DNA from: Nemertoderma westbladi
Lineage: Eukaryota; Animalia; Xenacoelomorpha
Length of the DNA stretch: 57,480 nt
Reading direction: 5' to 3'
Assembly: GCA_032718475.1 (NCBI GenBank)
Contig: JAUCBJ010003524.1
Location: forward strand, 1-57,480
The translations under genes were made by a program, and so were the position numbers. The notes beneath the pieces were generated by a model. The model saw only the letters and a list, made by a program, of their open reading frames with translations, did not search any database and had not been told where the DNA came from. Each line of letters opens with the position of its first letter. Position 1 is the stretch's first letter. Positions 1 to 12,070 of the stretch are shown here, one piece after another.

Positions 1-117
1 CAATGATTATCATTATCGCCAGTGTAGATTAAACATCCAAATATTGGCATAGTTTTTATAAGTAAAAGGTAAAACTCAAAAAGTTGAACTTTGTAGTCAA
101 TTTTTGGTTAGATTGGT

Positions 118-290
118 TACTACGGTATGGTGGCTGATCTTATTTATAAATACATTTTTTTTACTTTTTTTTTCTCCATGGCGTGATAATTTAAGATCGA
201 CCCTAAAATATTTTTTGTCGACCATAAATTATAACGTCATGGAGAAAAAAAATTAATTAATTGACAATGATCAGCCCATCGTACTATGTT
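118..290. repeat. Imperfect palindrome, possible MITE remnant
   Basis: TTTTTCTCCATGGCGTGATAATTTA (~169-193) is mirrored by TAAATTATAACGTCATGGAGAAAAAA (~225-250). A weaker outer arm pairs GGCTGATC with GATCAGCC. Confidence 0.5.
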
Positions 291-3200
291 AAATGACACC
301 CATTAAATGAATGAAATATAATTAGATAGGAACTGTCTATAAAAATAATCATATGCTTGCACTTAGGTATTAATGAAGATTGGGACTTGAATACCAATAA
401 TTTTGTGTAACAACTTATGTAATATTGCAATGTTGCTAACATTATTCATATCCTCTGAATTTTATATAAATACCAAATATCAATCGATCATGGAGAATTT
501 AATTTAGGATCCATTTATAAAATATTTGCCTTATATAAATATGCTACCGTTTATTATCATTAGATGAGTGTATGAGAGAACTTTGGAAGGATTATAATAA
601 TTTAATATAAGCTTTGGAAAATAATTAATTAATTCAGATTAAATCAAATGAGCCGTCGATATCAAGCAAGGTTGCAGATGAAGACTGGAAAAGTTCTTTA
701 AATGCTATTAACTTTAAATCCGAAAATAATTTAGCGAAATTAATTTCCTAAGGCTGCCTTGGGATTTTCATAGAATATCTAGACAGGAAGCATCGGACGT
801 TGCGACCTTCCTATAGTAAAATCTATGTGTGACACAAAATAACTTCCGATCCAAATTATTTAACGATCCAAAGAAGCGGCAGATTCTTTTAGATGGTAAT
901 ACGTCGGAAGATCGATTAGGTGAATTTTATTGCACATTTTTTCATGGAATAAATGGATAAAAAAAACAATTTTACACAATGACTTTTTAAAGCTTGTGTT
1001 TAATTGAGTTATATGTTGAGTTGAGATTGATTGCAAGAATTAAACTTAACTATATTTTTAATTAATGTGCCAGATTTTAAGGTGATTTAACATGAAATCA
1101 AAGTGGTGGTGTGAGAATTTTGGTCGAGATGGACAAGTATACAAAACAGGAAATCACAAAATAAATGAAACAAATAAGTTGCTGCCAGTTCCAAGAAGGG
1201 CAACCTAACAACCTCTACAGATTTACATCTAGTTGCGAACAGTCTGGTGTCCAAACATCCCGCGGTTTCCAGGAGCACATTGTTTGGACCGAGTTCCACT
1301 CTCAAAGCTTCTATACAAATATTTAAAGTTATTGGTTGCTGTAAAATCATGATCTCATCTTTAATGGCTATTTATAAAAGTACAGACCGAATTCTGGGAT
1401 CTTGAATCACCACCCAGGCATTAGTTGGAATCGACTACTGGAACTTGCGGCTTGGGACACCCAGCAAATGTCATACAAGTAGGTTGTGTGTTGTTTGCAT
1501 GTAAGTTGTTTGGAAGCAATATGCTAATGAACTTTTTACACTTACCTTTTTTGGGAAACTAAGATAATTTAGCTTCAAACTTCATGCGTAACAGTCCGAA
1601 CCAAAAATTAAACTTTTGAACAATTTGCATAGACTTTTTAATTTTGTCATTTCATCTCTATTATCTCTGTCTTCCATCTTACCCAAATGCCCCCAAATTA
1701 TAATTACTTATGAACATTTTTAATTGATCGGCTTCTACCTTTGAATTTGCATATTTTTATAATTAACCTTCTACTCGAGCTGTTTCTGTGAATGAATGGA
1801 TGGAATGGCTCTTACTTTGTAACTTTATAATTTTTACACACTTCATATGTGTGCCATTTGAAATGCCCAAGATTAATAAATTTATGTATTATACTTTGAA
1901 TAAATATTAATTTAATTCAATTCAATCCAGCTTTTGTTGGGTTTTACTGAACTAAGGAGCACACCACACCATAGTTCCCCACGATATAGTGTTGTAATGA
2001 CCACTGGACTTTATTCCTTATATTATTATTGGTGAACGTGATGGCACGCTTTTAGTAGGTTTATTAGTTTTAGTAGTATTGGTAGTATTAGAGCACTTTT
2101 AGTAGTATTTTTACTAGGTTGCTATTTTTACTAGTTGCAGTACGAGAAAAGCCAAAAGATCACTCAAATAAATTCAGCGTGACAGACCATATTTGAATAC
2201 CAAATTACCACAGAATTATATTACTTCTTCAATACAATGAAACCTCGACTTTGGTGGTGGGATATTGTTTGGTACAATTTTGAATATTTTAATATATGAA
2301 GTAAATATTTAAATAGGAATTAATTAAATTTATTAAATTCAACATCAATAATAAAACTACTGCAAAACAATTAATTTGAAACACCAATAAATCAGTTTAC
2401 AATTATAGGACCATGGGAGGTGGGATGTGTTGAGGACGCAAAAAACGTGTATTAAAAAACCGTACTTTGGCTTATTTTTTTCACTATTACGTTTACGTGT
2501 AAGGGGCAGGTTACAGTGACAATGCTTCTACGACCCAAAATGATTTATATATATATTTATATTATTGAGAAGTGAATATCATAAATCACCCCTCCATCCT
2601 TCCCTACTATGATTAAAAGGAATACGGTTAAATTTCAATATTTTCTGCAGTTACTCCAAACACTTAAAGTGAAACCAAATTGTTAAAAATAAACCAGATA
2701 AAGTTATGCATTTTCACTTATGCAAGTCATTTGAGTTTCATAATAGTATATAATCATGTGTTACACATCACAACAGGTTACAATAGCAACTATATCTCCT
2801 CCACTTCCATTTATAGCAACACATGTATCCGTTCCATCTGAAAAAAAAACGATATGAATAAAGGTAAGTACAACGAATTTCTTCAGAGTTGTGGGGCGAG
2901 CCACGAAGTGAGAGAGCCTTAGCGTAGTGGTACCATTAATCAACCTGTCGTTCTGTGGGGCGAGCCACGAAGTGAGTGAGCCTTAGCGTAGTGGTACCAT
3001 TAATCAACCTGTCGTTCTGTCGTTCTGTCGCGTTTTTTTTCAGTATTTTATTTTAAACGTTAATAACTCGGCCAATCCTTGATGAAATCTATCCAAACTT
3101 GGTACACATGTTGTTTGGCGAAAGTTTGAAAATTTTCCAAGTAGAATTTGCGTGGGGCCTTCGTGCAGCATCAGTGTAACTGTTATTGCAGTTATAATAA

Positions 3201-3812
3201 ATTTATTTATCCAAATTTAAAATGCGTTAAATTATTATTACTGTAGGATATATCAGCTGGTTTTCTTACAAATTTTGCAATTCTGCATGTACCATGTGTA
3301 CCGGTACTGTCAGGCTGTACTCATTCCCTGAATCGAGAATCCTGCAATCCAATCAGTCAATACTGCAATACTGGTCAGCCGGTACCATACACTGCAGACA
3401 TGCCATATCATGTAATCTAATTAAACATGACCCCGCCAACCCTTGCGGTGATTATAGTTTAGGCCTAATTAGCCCAGTACCGGTACCGGTAATAATAATA
3501 TAATACAGTAATAGTTTAGATAGTTACCGCTAATAATTCAGTCATTGGCACGGTACACCGTATTGCTGTACTGCCGTTGTAGTGCGCACCGTAGGTACCA
3601 CCCTACTACCGGTACCGGCTGACCGCGTGACCGGTGGCAACTAGCACGTCAACACTTTCACAGCAACAGCTCTACCGGCGATACACAGGCTGACAGGTTG
3701 GAATTTATGTAGAGTTTGCTCAACAGTACAGATATAAAATAGTTATCTAAATTATATATATTACTATTGACAAGTATTGAAATATATACCGTTATTCGTG
3801 TTATCAGTATTT

Positions 3813-4234
3813 CAGTCAGGAACACTGGTCACAATATGTCCAATTTACAACCAGAATGTGTCCGCGGAAAACGCTCTCAGAGTGAAATTTCTCCATAGAA
3901 AACAATGCTAAATTTCATTTGAAAACCGGCAGTGAAATTTTAACATTGGCATTCTAAAAATTATGCCATTAGAATCGTCATAAAATTCTGTATAAATTAA
4001 TTTGAGAATTAGAATCTCATCGTTGCAGCGTTGGGATAACTATCATAATATTAAAAATAAAAATGTGCCCAGCTTCTGCTTTGAGTACTATTGGAGTTAC
4101 AGCCAAAATATGTCCGGAAATATAATCGCAGCCTGTGAAGGACAACTAGTGGCTGCACGGACACTTTCTGGCTGTAAATATGTGGACAATTTTTGGCTGA
4201 GCTTCAGCCAGAAAGTGACCAGTGTTCCTAACTG
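3813..4234. mobile_element. 422-bp MITE with 20-bp TIRs and 5-bp TSD (possibly hAT5-like)
   Basis: TIRs CAGTCAGGAACACTGGTCAC ... GTGACCAGTGTTCCTAACTG. TATTT is duplicated at 3808-3812 and 4235-4239. The paralogous empty site (CAGTATTTGCAAC, ~12880) has a single TATTT. Confidence 0.9.
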
Positions 4235-4270
4235 TATTTGCAACATCTGACATTGAAGAGGTGAGAGAAG

Positions 4271-4729
4271 ATGAATACCGGCACTCAACAAAACCAACGC
4301 TTATCACAGGTCGGTATGGTTACCTCGAAACCGGCGCGACTGTCCACTCGAATACAACTTCAAAACACAAACGCCAACAATAAACTGAAAGCGAATCGAA
4401 CGTCTTCAGAAGAATCTGTCATTGGGACGAAGAAAAGGAAGCCGAAACCACGGGAATGGACCACAGCTAAAATTGAATGCTCCCATTGTCAGAGTTCCTG
4501 GACCGAAATTGAAACACCAATTGCCGATGGGCTTGATCTCTCAAACCAAAACTTCCTCTGCGGGGTTTGCGCGGCAGTAAAGATTGAAAGTCTGGAAGCT
4601 GGCATCCCTAGGTATTATTATTATAAAGAGCGTCAGCCTGCGTTTAATAAATATATTTTAATACAAAACAGGTCGAACGCAAAGAGGCTTATAATGAAGA
4701 CGAGTACTGCATTGATTATATTCCTGTAA
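4271..4729 (+). CDS. 152-aa ORF with partial PHD-like zinc finger (CSHC...W...FLCGVC) carried by the Helentron-like element; probably a captured fragment
   Basis: ORF track. Two CxxC motifs follow a basic KKRKPKPR stretch. Near-identical copy at 12915. Confidence 0.35.
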   Translation: MNTGTQQNQRLSQVGMVTSKPARLSTRIQLQNTNANNKLKANRTSSEESVIGTKKRKPKPREWTTAKIECSHCQSSWTEIETPIADGLDLSNQNFLCGVCAAVKIESLEAGIPRYYYYKERQPAFNKYILIQNRSNAKRLIMKTSTALIIFL

Positions 4730-5876
4730 ACCACCTGGCTTTGCATATTGAACGTGCGATTGGAAATAAGTTCGTGCTACCCTTCCGTGGGTGGTAGATG
4801 TCGCGGTTATGTATTGGTGGGAGGGGGGGGGGGGGGGGGTGCAGATTAAAAGGGGTGAACACGTACTGTCCCCCTTTCTTTGATTAATTGGTGGTGTGGG
4901 TTAATCTCTCATAACCTGATTTTGTGATACAGTCGCACAATTTTAATTTGTATCTCATAACTGGGCCTCGTGCTGCGCGAAGGCCCCACGAACGTGTCGT
5001 TCTGTCGTTCTGTCGCGTTTTTTTTCAGTATTTTATTTTAAACGTTAATAACTCGGCCAATCCTTGATGAAATCTATCCAAACTTGGTACACATGTTGTT
5101 TGGCAAAAGTTTGAAAATTTTCCAAGTAGAATTTGCGTGGGGCCTTCGTGCAGCATCAGTGTAACTGTTATTGTAGTTATAATATATTTATTTATCCAAA
5201 ATTAACAGGGTGCATGTAAAGAGCGGACTGCGGACTACGGACTGCGGATTGTCAATTAAAAGCCCAAATATGCGCGGTCAATTTGAATTATAGCATTATA
5301 ATGTAAGAATCCGCTCTTTGTTGTCTGGACAAACGGCGGACTGAAGCCAGAAAATTTTAACCTGATTGGCTCAATCATTTACATAGAGGCCCAAAGGGAA
5401 CTTTCTTGAATCCTCTTATTGGCTTAAATGTTTTCATTGTGACACAGGAGATGGAAACAATATTCCAACATTACTACAGTAATTATACTGTAAGTAATTA
5501 AGTAGGCCTACCGGTATCAATTAAGCTGCTGTCAACAGGCATGTACTGTTGGCCTACCGGCTACCGGTTGAAGTTTTCGATTAAATCAAAATAAAACTAA
5601 GTATAATAAGTAACGTAATCGATGGCGGCCGTATTGCACGTGTAGTAGGCCTATTCTTAAACGTCCAAAACTAAACTTACTACTGTATAATACATCCAGG
5701 CTTACGTAAGATGAGAGTGCCTTGATGTGAAAGTTTAGGAAAATAGTACTACTGTATTTACAGTGAGGTATAGGTTCGTAACTAGTCCTCAGTAGGTGTA
5801 GGTTTGCCACTAGTCTTACCATACAGCCATATACATAGCCTACAGTTAATATCGAGGAAAGTTTTTTTTTTGGATA

Positions 5877-6455
5877 ATGGACGTGGACGACCTCCAAACT
5901 ATAGACATTACTGTCTTAAATGATCCCGACCCTGAACTACCATTACCGGTAGGTGATAACAATCGTGAAGTTAATAACCCCTGTAGTACAGGGACAGGAG
6001 ATGGTCCTGTCACTGGGCAACTTAGAGTTTCTTTGTTGTCTTGTCACAATAATAACACCGCTATAGGTCACACTCTAGGTAATGAAGTACCTTGTCATCC
6101 TAGTATCGCGAGAGAAGAGTACGTTGACTTAGTAAAGCAGATGATAAAGCTCTCAGCAGGTGATAAGGTGTGTGATTTTACAGCTAAACGCCAGATTGAG
6201 ACAGTTTTATGTAACTGTACGTTTGTTTTTGATTCCAATGAAGTAGGAAAAGAGAATGTGGAAAATTATTCTATTGATGCAATGGGCGCGTACCGATGTA
6301 CAGGGTCTCATATTTCGAAATTATTGGATAATAATGAAGGAAACGTGTTTCATTTTAGGATACTTACTCAACAAATAAGAATGATCCGATATTGTTTCGA
6401 GTTAAAGTCAAAGTTTCATCAGACCAAGATCCGGAACGTGTATTTGTATTCATAA
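5877..6455 (+). CDS. Probable N-terminal part of the MULE transposase, separated from the main ORF by a frameshift or splice near 6350-6390
   Basis: ATG-initiated 192-aa ORF overlapping the main ORF. The main frame is open from ~6359 (DTYSTNKNDPILFRVK), just after CATTTTAG. Confidence 0.55.
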   Translation: MDVDDLQTIDITVLNDPDPELPLPVGDNNREVNNPCSTGTGDGPVTGQLRVSLLSCHNNNTAIGHTLGNEVPCHPSIAREEYVDLVKQMIKLSAGDKVCDFTAKRQIETVLCNCTFVFDSNEVGKENVENYSIDAMGAYRCTGSHISKLLDNNEGNVFHFRILTQQIRMIRYCFELKSKFHQTKIRNVYLYS

Positions 6456-8227
6456 CTTATCGTTGGCGTGGGGAGATCCCAAATAAAATTGACTTTGTAA
6501 TGAAACCACACGGAAATAGTAAGCATAATAACAAAGTTCCTTATTATTGTACTAATCCGAAAACACTGAAATTACTTTCAGAATCTGAGCTAAAATTCAA
6601 CCGTGCTGCTCAGGCTGTGGCTAAGGAAGTTTCTGCCCTTCCACAGTCTCAGCCTAAGGGTGGACGACAGGCCATTTATTGCCAAAAACGTTCCAAAGAG
6701 GATATAATTGACAAAGGTAATTTTTATGAAGTAGCCAACACGTTTATGGCTGATGAAGGCTCACATGATCGGTATGTCAAATGGGTTTGTAAAGATCCAA
6801 ACGGGGGAACAGTTATTGTTATGTTTTCCGATTTTATTGCTCATGTAATTGGAGAATTTTGTTGTCGTCCACAACAAAATGGAGTGATGCTTACTGCAGA
6901 TACAACCTTTAGGTGTGGCCCTTTTTGGATCCTAAACACGTCTTTTCCAAATCCGCTATTCATTACAAATCGCCAAAACCCAGTTTCACCTACAATGCTA
7001 GGCGGAATAGGAATTGTCGTTAATAAAACTGTTGAAAGTTATTCGCCGCTATTTTATCGGCTTCTCCTCCAGAACCCAGATTTTCGAATGTTGAAGTGCT
7101 TTGGGTGCGATGGTGAAGCCAATATTGAGAATGCTGTACGTTTGCACTGTACTGGGACTTATGTAGCTCGTTGTTGCACTCATCTGAGTGATAACATTGT
7201 AGAGAATGGCCGGAAGGAATCGGACGCAGCTGTAAAAGGTCTTCTGGATCATATTAAGTTCGTAAGCGAAGCTTCGACATCCAGAACACATGCTGAAGAG
7301 CTAATGACGCAGTTTGATAACTGGCATGTTTTGAGCAGCAAATTTCAGAATTACATAGCCTCTCGCATATTGCCTGTTGTTTACGAGAATACACTACTTG
7401 TTGACGTTAATAAAGCCCTTGGGTCTCAATTAACAAAGCGATTTGTAAATTCAAGAATGGAATCATCAAACCGTATGTTAAAATCTTGGTCTAATAGCTC
7501 AAACCTTTACGATTTCATGAGTGGAGTAAAGTGCCTTATGAAGTCCCATGAAGAGGAGTTTATTAAAGGAGTGTGCGGTTTATCTCAAGAATACTTTTTA
7601 AGAGAAGAATTTTCTATCCTGAAGACGCCGGTAAGCTACATCTTTACAGAGTCTGAGACTACAAGAGAGCTGCAGTCACGGCGCCGTAGACTGCTTTTCA
7701 CTCGCTTCGCAGAGTTACCTTATTTTAATGTGGTTCCTGATGTTGGTTCTAACATTACAGTAAACAGCGATAACAATGTACCACTTCCCGTGCATTGTAG
7801 TATCCAGGGGAGCCTAAGTGAGGGAGATGTGATGAATGTTGATATTCAGTTGGACATATTCATAAATGCTATGGTTGAAAAGGAAAGGGCTAAGCTGATA
7901 GCGGGACGTGCTAAGGAGATAATAGAGTCGAATTCAGTAATCCCTGGATTTAATGACACGTACCTTGTCCGTTCGCAGACTAAACCAGACGACCCTCCAT
8001 ATGTTGTCAAAATGTGTGACGGTATTCCATTGTGCTGCCCATGCCCAGCAGCCAACCCATGTAAACACACAGTTGCTATATCTGCTAAGCTTGGAACTGT
8101 TAATAATTTGGTCAAGAAATTGGGTCCGAATTCTAGAATGAAGGACAGTACCATATACATCGGTGCCAGCATAAATCCTGGGCTAAAGCCAAATGAACGA
8201 CTACGTTCATCAGGTAAGTTACTGTAG
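6392..8227 (+). CDS. MULE-family DDE transposase with SWIM zinc finger (main exon)
   Basis: Motifs PHGNSK..PY, ADTTF (D1), CDGE (D2), CCTHL (CxxH), NSRMESSNRMLK (catalytic E) and SWIM-type CxC...CxH (CCPCPAANPCKH). Splice donor CAG|GTAAGT at 8213/8214. Confidence 0.9.
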   Translation: MFRVKVKVSSDQDPERVFVFITYRWRGEIPNKIDFVMKPHGNSKHNNKVPYYCTNPKTLKLLSESELKFNRAAQAVAKEVSALPQSQPKGGRQAIYCQKRSKEDIIDKGNFYEVANTFMADEGSHDRYVKWVCKDPNGGTVIVMFSDFIAHVIGEFCCRPQQNGVMLTADTTFRCGPFWILNTSFPNPLFITNRQNPVSPTMLGGIGIVVNKTVESYSPLFYRLLLQNPDFRMLKCFGCDGEANIENAVRLHCTGTYVARCCTHLSDNIVENGRKESDAAVKGLLDHIKFVSEASTSRTHAEELMTQFDNWHVLSSKFQNYIASRILPVVYENTLLVDVNKALGSQLTKRFVNSRMESSNRMLKSWSNSSNLYDFMSGVKCLMKSHEEEFIKGVCGLSQEYFLREEFSILKTPVSYIFTESETTRELQSRRRRLLFTRFAELPYFNVVPDVGSNITVNSDNNVPLPVHCSIQGSLSEGDVMNVDIQLDIFINAMVEKERAKLIAGRAKEIIESNSVIPGFNDTYLVRSQTKPDDPPYVVKMCDGIPLCCPCPAANPCKHTVAISAKLGTVNNLVKKLGPNSRMKDSTIYIGASINPGLKPNERLRSSGKLL

Positions 8228-8818
8228 TGTGCATCATTTTTCCCTATTAATTCCCCTTATCTAAATTGTAAAAAGGGGGCGTTCATGTCACGCAAATTTT
8301 CTAGTTTTTTGATCTCCACCCCCCCCCCCCACCCCCTCTGTCAAGTGTCACGTAAGCTCGACCCCCCCCCCCCCCCCCCCTCCTCTGTCACAAAAACAAA
8401 AAATTTCGTAAATTTATACCCCCCCCCCCCCTAGACGACAAATATTTTATTTAAATAATTTAATAACAGTTAGAAAGCACAATAGAAAGTGAAACATTTT
8501 GACTGAAGTAGTTCTTACTAAAAGCATATACATACTTTAGCAGCTTCAAACTACAGTACTGTACATGTACAAGGCAGACTAGAAAGGGCTGTCCTGTTAA
8601 TGTTAGGGATTAAATTCAATGTTATTGAGTTTATTGTTTTTTCCTTAAAGTTTCCCACTCATCTACAAATATGTTAGTCAAAGTCAAGCTCGGGGCTCGT
8701 ACAGTATACATGAAGTTCATTAATTATATTTTTTATAGCTTCTATTTGTTTCTAGTTTTTACAATTACTTATAGATATATAATAACTGTAGTAAATTTAA
8801 TTGCCCATAATTATATAG

Positions 8819-9231
8819 GTATACGAGGGAACAAACGACGAGCTTCGCCTTTAACCGGGGCCTCAACTTCAACCCCGAGACTGGTTCAAATTGTCTCCTT
8901 GGAAGATGTTGCGTTTCCTAATTGTGGAGCAGATAAAACCTGGGAAATTCTTCCAGGCACCAAGGTTCCAAAATCTACGAGTCGCTGTAGGAATACCAAG
9001 CGACATTGCGCTATTGGGTTCGACGCTTCTCCTATAGCGGTTAGGAAGAGAGGAACGGTTACTTATTCAAATGGTGAATCCTTCGTTGGTAATATGTATT
9101 ACCATTTGGCATGCGCTTCAGACGAAGATGACTTTCACTTTCGTCAAGCCCATGTGGCCCATGGTAATGAGAAGTACTTTAGCGCAGAGGCGCTCCAGTA
9201 CTTAAAGGATCACGAGGTTGATATTCTTTAG
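8819..9231 (+). CDS. Predicted terminal exon of the MULE transposase, with a C...C...HxxC zinc-finger-like domain
   Basis: Acceptor TTATATAG|GT at 8818/8819 is in phase 1, matching the donor at 8213, and gives ...RLRSS-G-IRGNKRRAS.... Contains SRCRNTKRHC...MYYHLAC. Stop at 9231. Confidence 0.7.
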
Positions 9232-11057
9232 AAACTTCTTAAAACTCTTATTATTAGGAATACTGTGACTCTTCTTAAAAGTTAAGTGCTTGTTAGTAAA
9301 GTAGTCCAAGTAGTCCTTGTTAGTCCTTGTTGTAAAAGTCCTTGTTTGCTTGTTACTTAAATAAAAAGTTTTTACGTTGAGGTCGTCCAAATAAAGGGGG
9401 GGGGGGGGGAGGTTGGCTCGTACTGCCACTATTATGTCTCTGTTAGTTGAAACAAAATTGGAACATAATTGAAACATATTAGGAGCCACGTAATGGTGTC
9501 CTACCTGCAATACTAAGTATGCCAGTGAAACAAATTTGAAACAAATTAAGTGTTCACTGGGAAAGTGCATACCGCTATGCGCGCGCGCCCATATGGGGGT
9601 ATGTGTTCGTAGTTTTCATTTTAAGGCTGTCATAAAAGTTTGGACAGAATTAAATGCCAGTAATTAGATGCGTCCTATTGGATGCTATTTATAGATCCAC
9701 ACCCCTTTTCTTTCCCCCTCTTCCCCCTTTTCTTACGCTCTCTTACCCCCAGCACAGAGAAGATCTTCCCCCAGCTCCTGCGCTTAGGATGTCCGAATAT
9801 TCGCTCTTTTATATTTGCGAACAGAAAACTGTGACATAAACTCTAAAGGCAGGAAGTATATAAAAATATTTATTGAAATAAATAATCTGAAAATCCGTAG
9901 AATGTTGATTATATAGTAGGCCTTTAATCAACAGTCCACGTAATTACTGCGTATAGGATAATTATTTCCTGTATTGCAGTGTTGCACAATGGTAAACATT
10001 TAAAAGCCAATGGGATGATTCATTCTTTAAAGTTCCCTTTCAGCTTCAGCCTAAGTAAATGATTGAGCCAATCAGGTTACAATTTACCGACTTCAGTCCG
10101 CCATTTGTCCAGACAACAAAGAGCGGATTCTTAGTTTGGAAATCGATAATTCAAATTGACCGCGCGGATTTTGGCAATCCCCAGTCCGTAGTCCGCCAGT
10201 CCGCAGTCCGCTCTTTATATGCACCCAAATTAACATGCATTAAATTATTATTACTGTAGGATAAATCAGCTGGTTTTCTGACAAATTTTGCAAAACATAG
10301 GGGCTGTCTGCCAATCTGCATGTACCATTTGTACCGGTACTGTCAGGCTGTACTCAATTCCTGAATCGAGAATTCTGCAAATCAGTCAATACTGCAATAC
10401 AGGTCAGCCGGTACCATACACTGCAGACATGCCATATCATGTAATCTAAACATGGCCCCGGAAACCCTTGCGGTGATTATAGTTTAGGCCTAATTAGCCT
10501 AGTACCGGTAATAATAATATAATAGTTTAGATAGTTCAGTAGTTACCGCTAATCATTCAGTCATTGGCACGGTACACCGTATTGCTGTACTGCCGTTGTA
10601 GTGCGCACCGTAGGTACCACCCATGCGTAGGCTGACTGTGCTGATTATGGTTTGATTGATTGATTGTTTTTTACACATAATTAAACCTTTTAAAATTCAC
10701 AATAATACATTTATAAAGATTACGTTACGATATTAGGCCTACAGTACAAGTAATAACACTAGATATTTAGGAGCACCAATACTGATTTATGTAGATAGTC
10801 AACTTATAAAATGTTTATTTACTTAAATAAAAGGTTCTGGTGTAAGGATAGCCTCATGAGGTATATACCTCGTTTCCATGAGGGTCCTATAATAATTTTC
10901 ATACTCTAATATTTAAAGCTAGTCAGACTGTGGTACCTAAGCTATATACTGTTAGGTATATTGCTGTATTGGGGTGGGGTTAGGAATAATCCATTTGTTT
11001 TAGCATTGAACTGTTGAATCCCCTTATTTATTATAAAACCATTGGAAATATTCGCAA

Positions 11058-11684
11058 ATGCCGCTCCATTACTGTCTGATGTCTGAAACGCTCCCGACAG
11101 TCCGATGTATCTGGACCCGAGCAGCCGAGTTGCTTCAAGAGGTGATTAACGGGGGAATACTACGGAATTGCTTGTTTGTCAGTACGATTCTATTTGGGTA
11201 TTTACTACACTCAGACACTGGGAATACGGCGGTCGGTCAGATCGTAATGCGGGCCACTGCCAAGTTCATCATGCCTCACTCCGGTCACCCACCTTGGAGT
11301 GCGGTGGGAAGAGTCCCACTTACTGACTTACGTCGACGACTGGACGAATCGACGAGGATTGCGATCTGGGTTTAGCGGCGGCCCGGATCCTGGGATCGCC
11401 TGGGGGAAATGGTTGAACGTTGGGCAGACGTTATCGCACTGGATTACGTTCTCTGTGACGCGAAAGTGTGAAGCGAATTCGTTGTCGAATTGGGTCGGAA
11501 GCTGCGGGAATTCTACTGTTCTACGGGAGTAAACCGCAGCGGTCCGGTGACTCTGACTACGGACGGATACTACTGGGATAAGCAGGTATTTCGATCGAGT
11601 TTCTCGTATTCTCGATGCTCGAGGCGGATAGAGAGTTGGTTGTGTTGGGCGGTGTTGTTCAATTCTATCAAACATATTAAATAA
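11058..11684 (+). pseudogene. Degenerate ~208-codon reading frame of unknown identity, with two in-frame stops
   Basis: ORFs 11058-11375 and 11490-11684 share a frame. The gap reads RRPGSWDRLGEMVERWADVIALDYVLCDAKV*SEFVVE. The segment is a GC/CpG-rich island in AT-rich DNA. Confidence 0.35.
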
Positions 11685-11805
11685 TTGGTAAAATAATAAA
11701 AACACACCAGATAAAGATACTGAGCTTATGGTAAAGAGATAGGCCGAACTTACAATTTCCAAATAGATTGTTCATATAATAAATATATTTTTGGTATTTG
11801 ATTTC

Positions 11806-12070
11806 AAGATAGGGGGGGGGGGGGGGGGGGGGGGAACTGGACGCAATAAAAATTCATCCCTCTCCAGGGGAAATTGGACGCAAATAACAACAGCTGATTA
11901 CTCTCAAAAATAAAACTGTAACCTGTTCTATTGTGTTTACTTTATTGTTTTGGTTAAAATAACGTGCCACTGTAACCTGCTCCTTTCCCAAAATTTAGAA
12001 ATTAATATTGAGGCGGGATATTAATTCGCCAAGATGGGATTTGCGTCCAGTCCCACCCCCCTCCTATCTC
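11806..12070. mobile_element. 265-bp MITE with G-rich TIRs and 8-9-bp TSD
   Basis: AAGATAGG(G)nAACTGGACGCAA ... TTGCGTCCAGTCCCACCCCCCTCCTATCTC, with TTGATTTC(A) on both sides (11798 and 12071). Confidence 0.75.

Larger units (their letters stand above)
2954..4997 (+). mobile_element. Inner copy A of the same Helentron-like element, inserted in the TGTCGTTC microsatellite of copy B
   Basis: The 64-bp 5' end occurs twice (2891 and 2955). After the 3' end AACGTGT at 4997 the microsatellite and body of copy B resume. Confidence 0.7.
5208..10226 (+). mobile_element. Mutator/MULE DNA transposon, 5019 bp
   Basis: TIRs GGGTGCATGTAAAGAGCGGACTGCGGACT ... AGTCCGCAGTCCGCTCTTTATATGCACCC extend imperfectly for about 250 bp. 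Perfect 9-bp TSD AAATTAACA at 5199-5207 and 10227-10235. The paralogous empty site is at ~3215. Encodes a MULE transposase. Confidence 0.95.

Noticed and set aside
640-1500. Possible decayed coding exons (e.g. TSTDLHLVANSLVSKHP on the + strand)
   Set aside because: There are multiple stops in all frames and only vague similarity to transposon-associated proteins; I cannot support a call.
8671-8818. Hydrophobic N-terminus of the 186-aa ORF as a membrane protein
   Set aside because: It is AT-rich intron sequence upstream of the acceptor at 8818; only the 3' part appears to be an exon.
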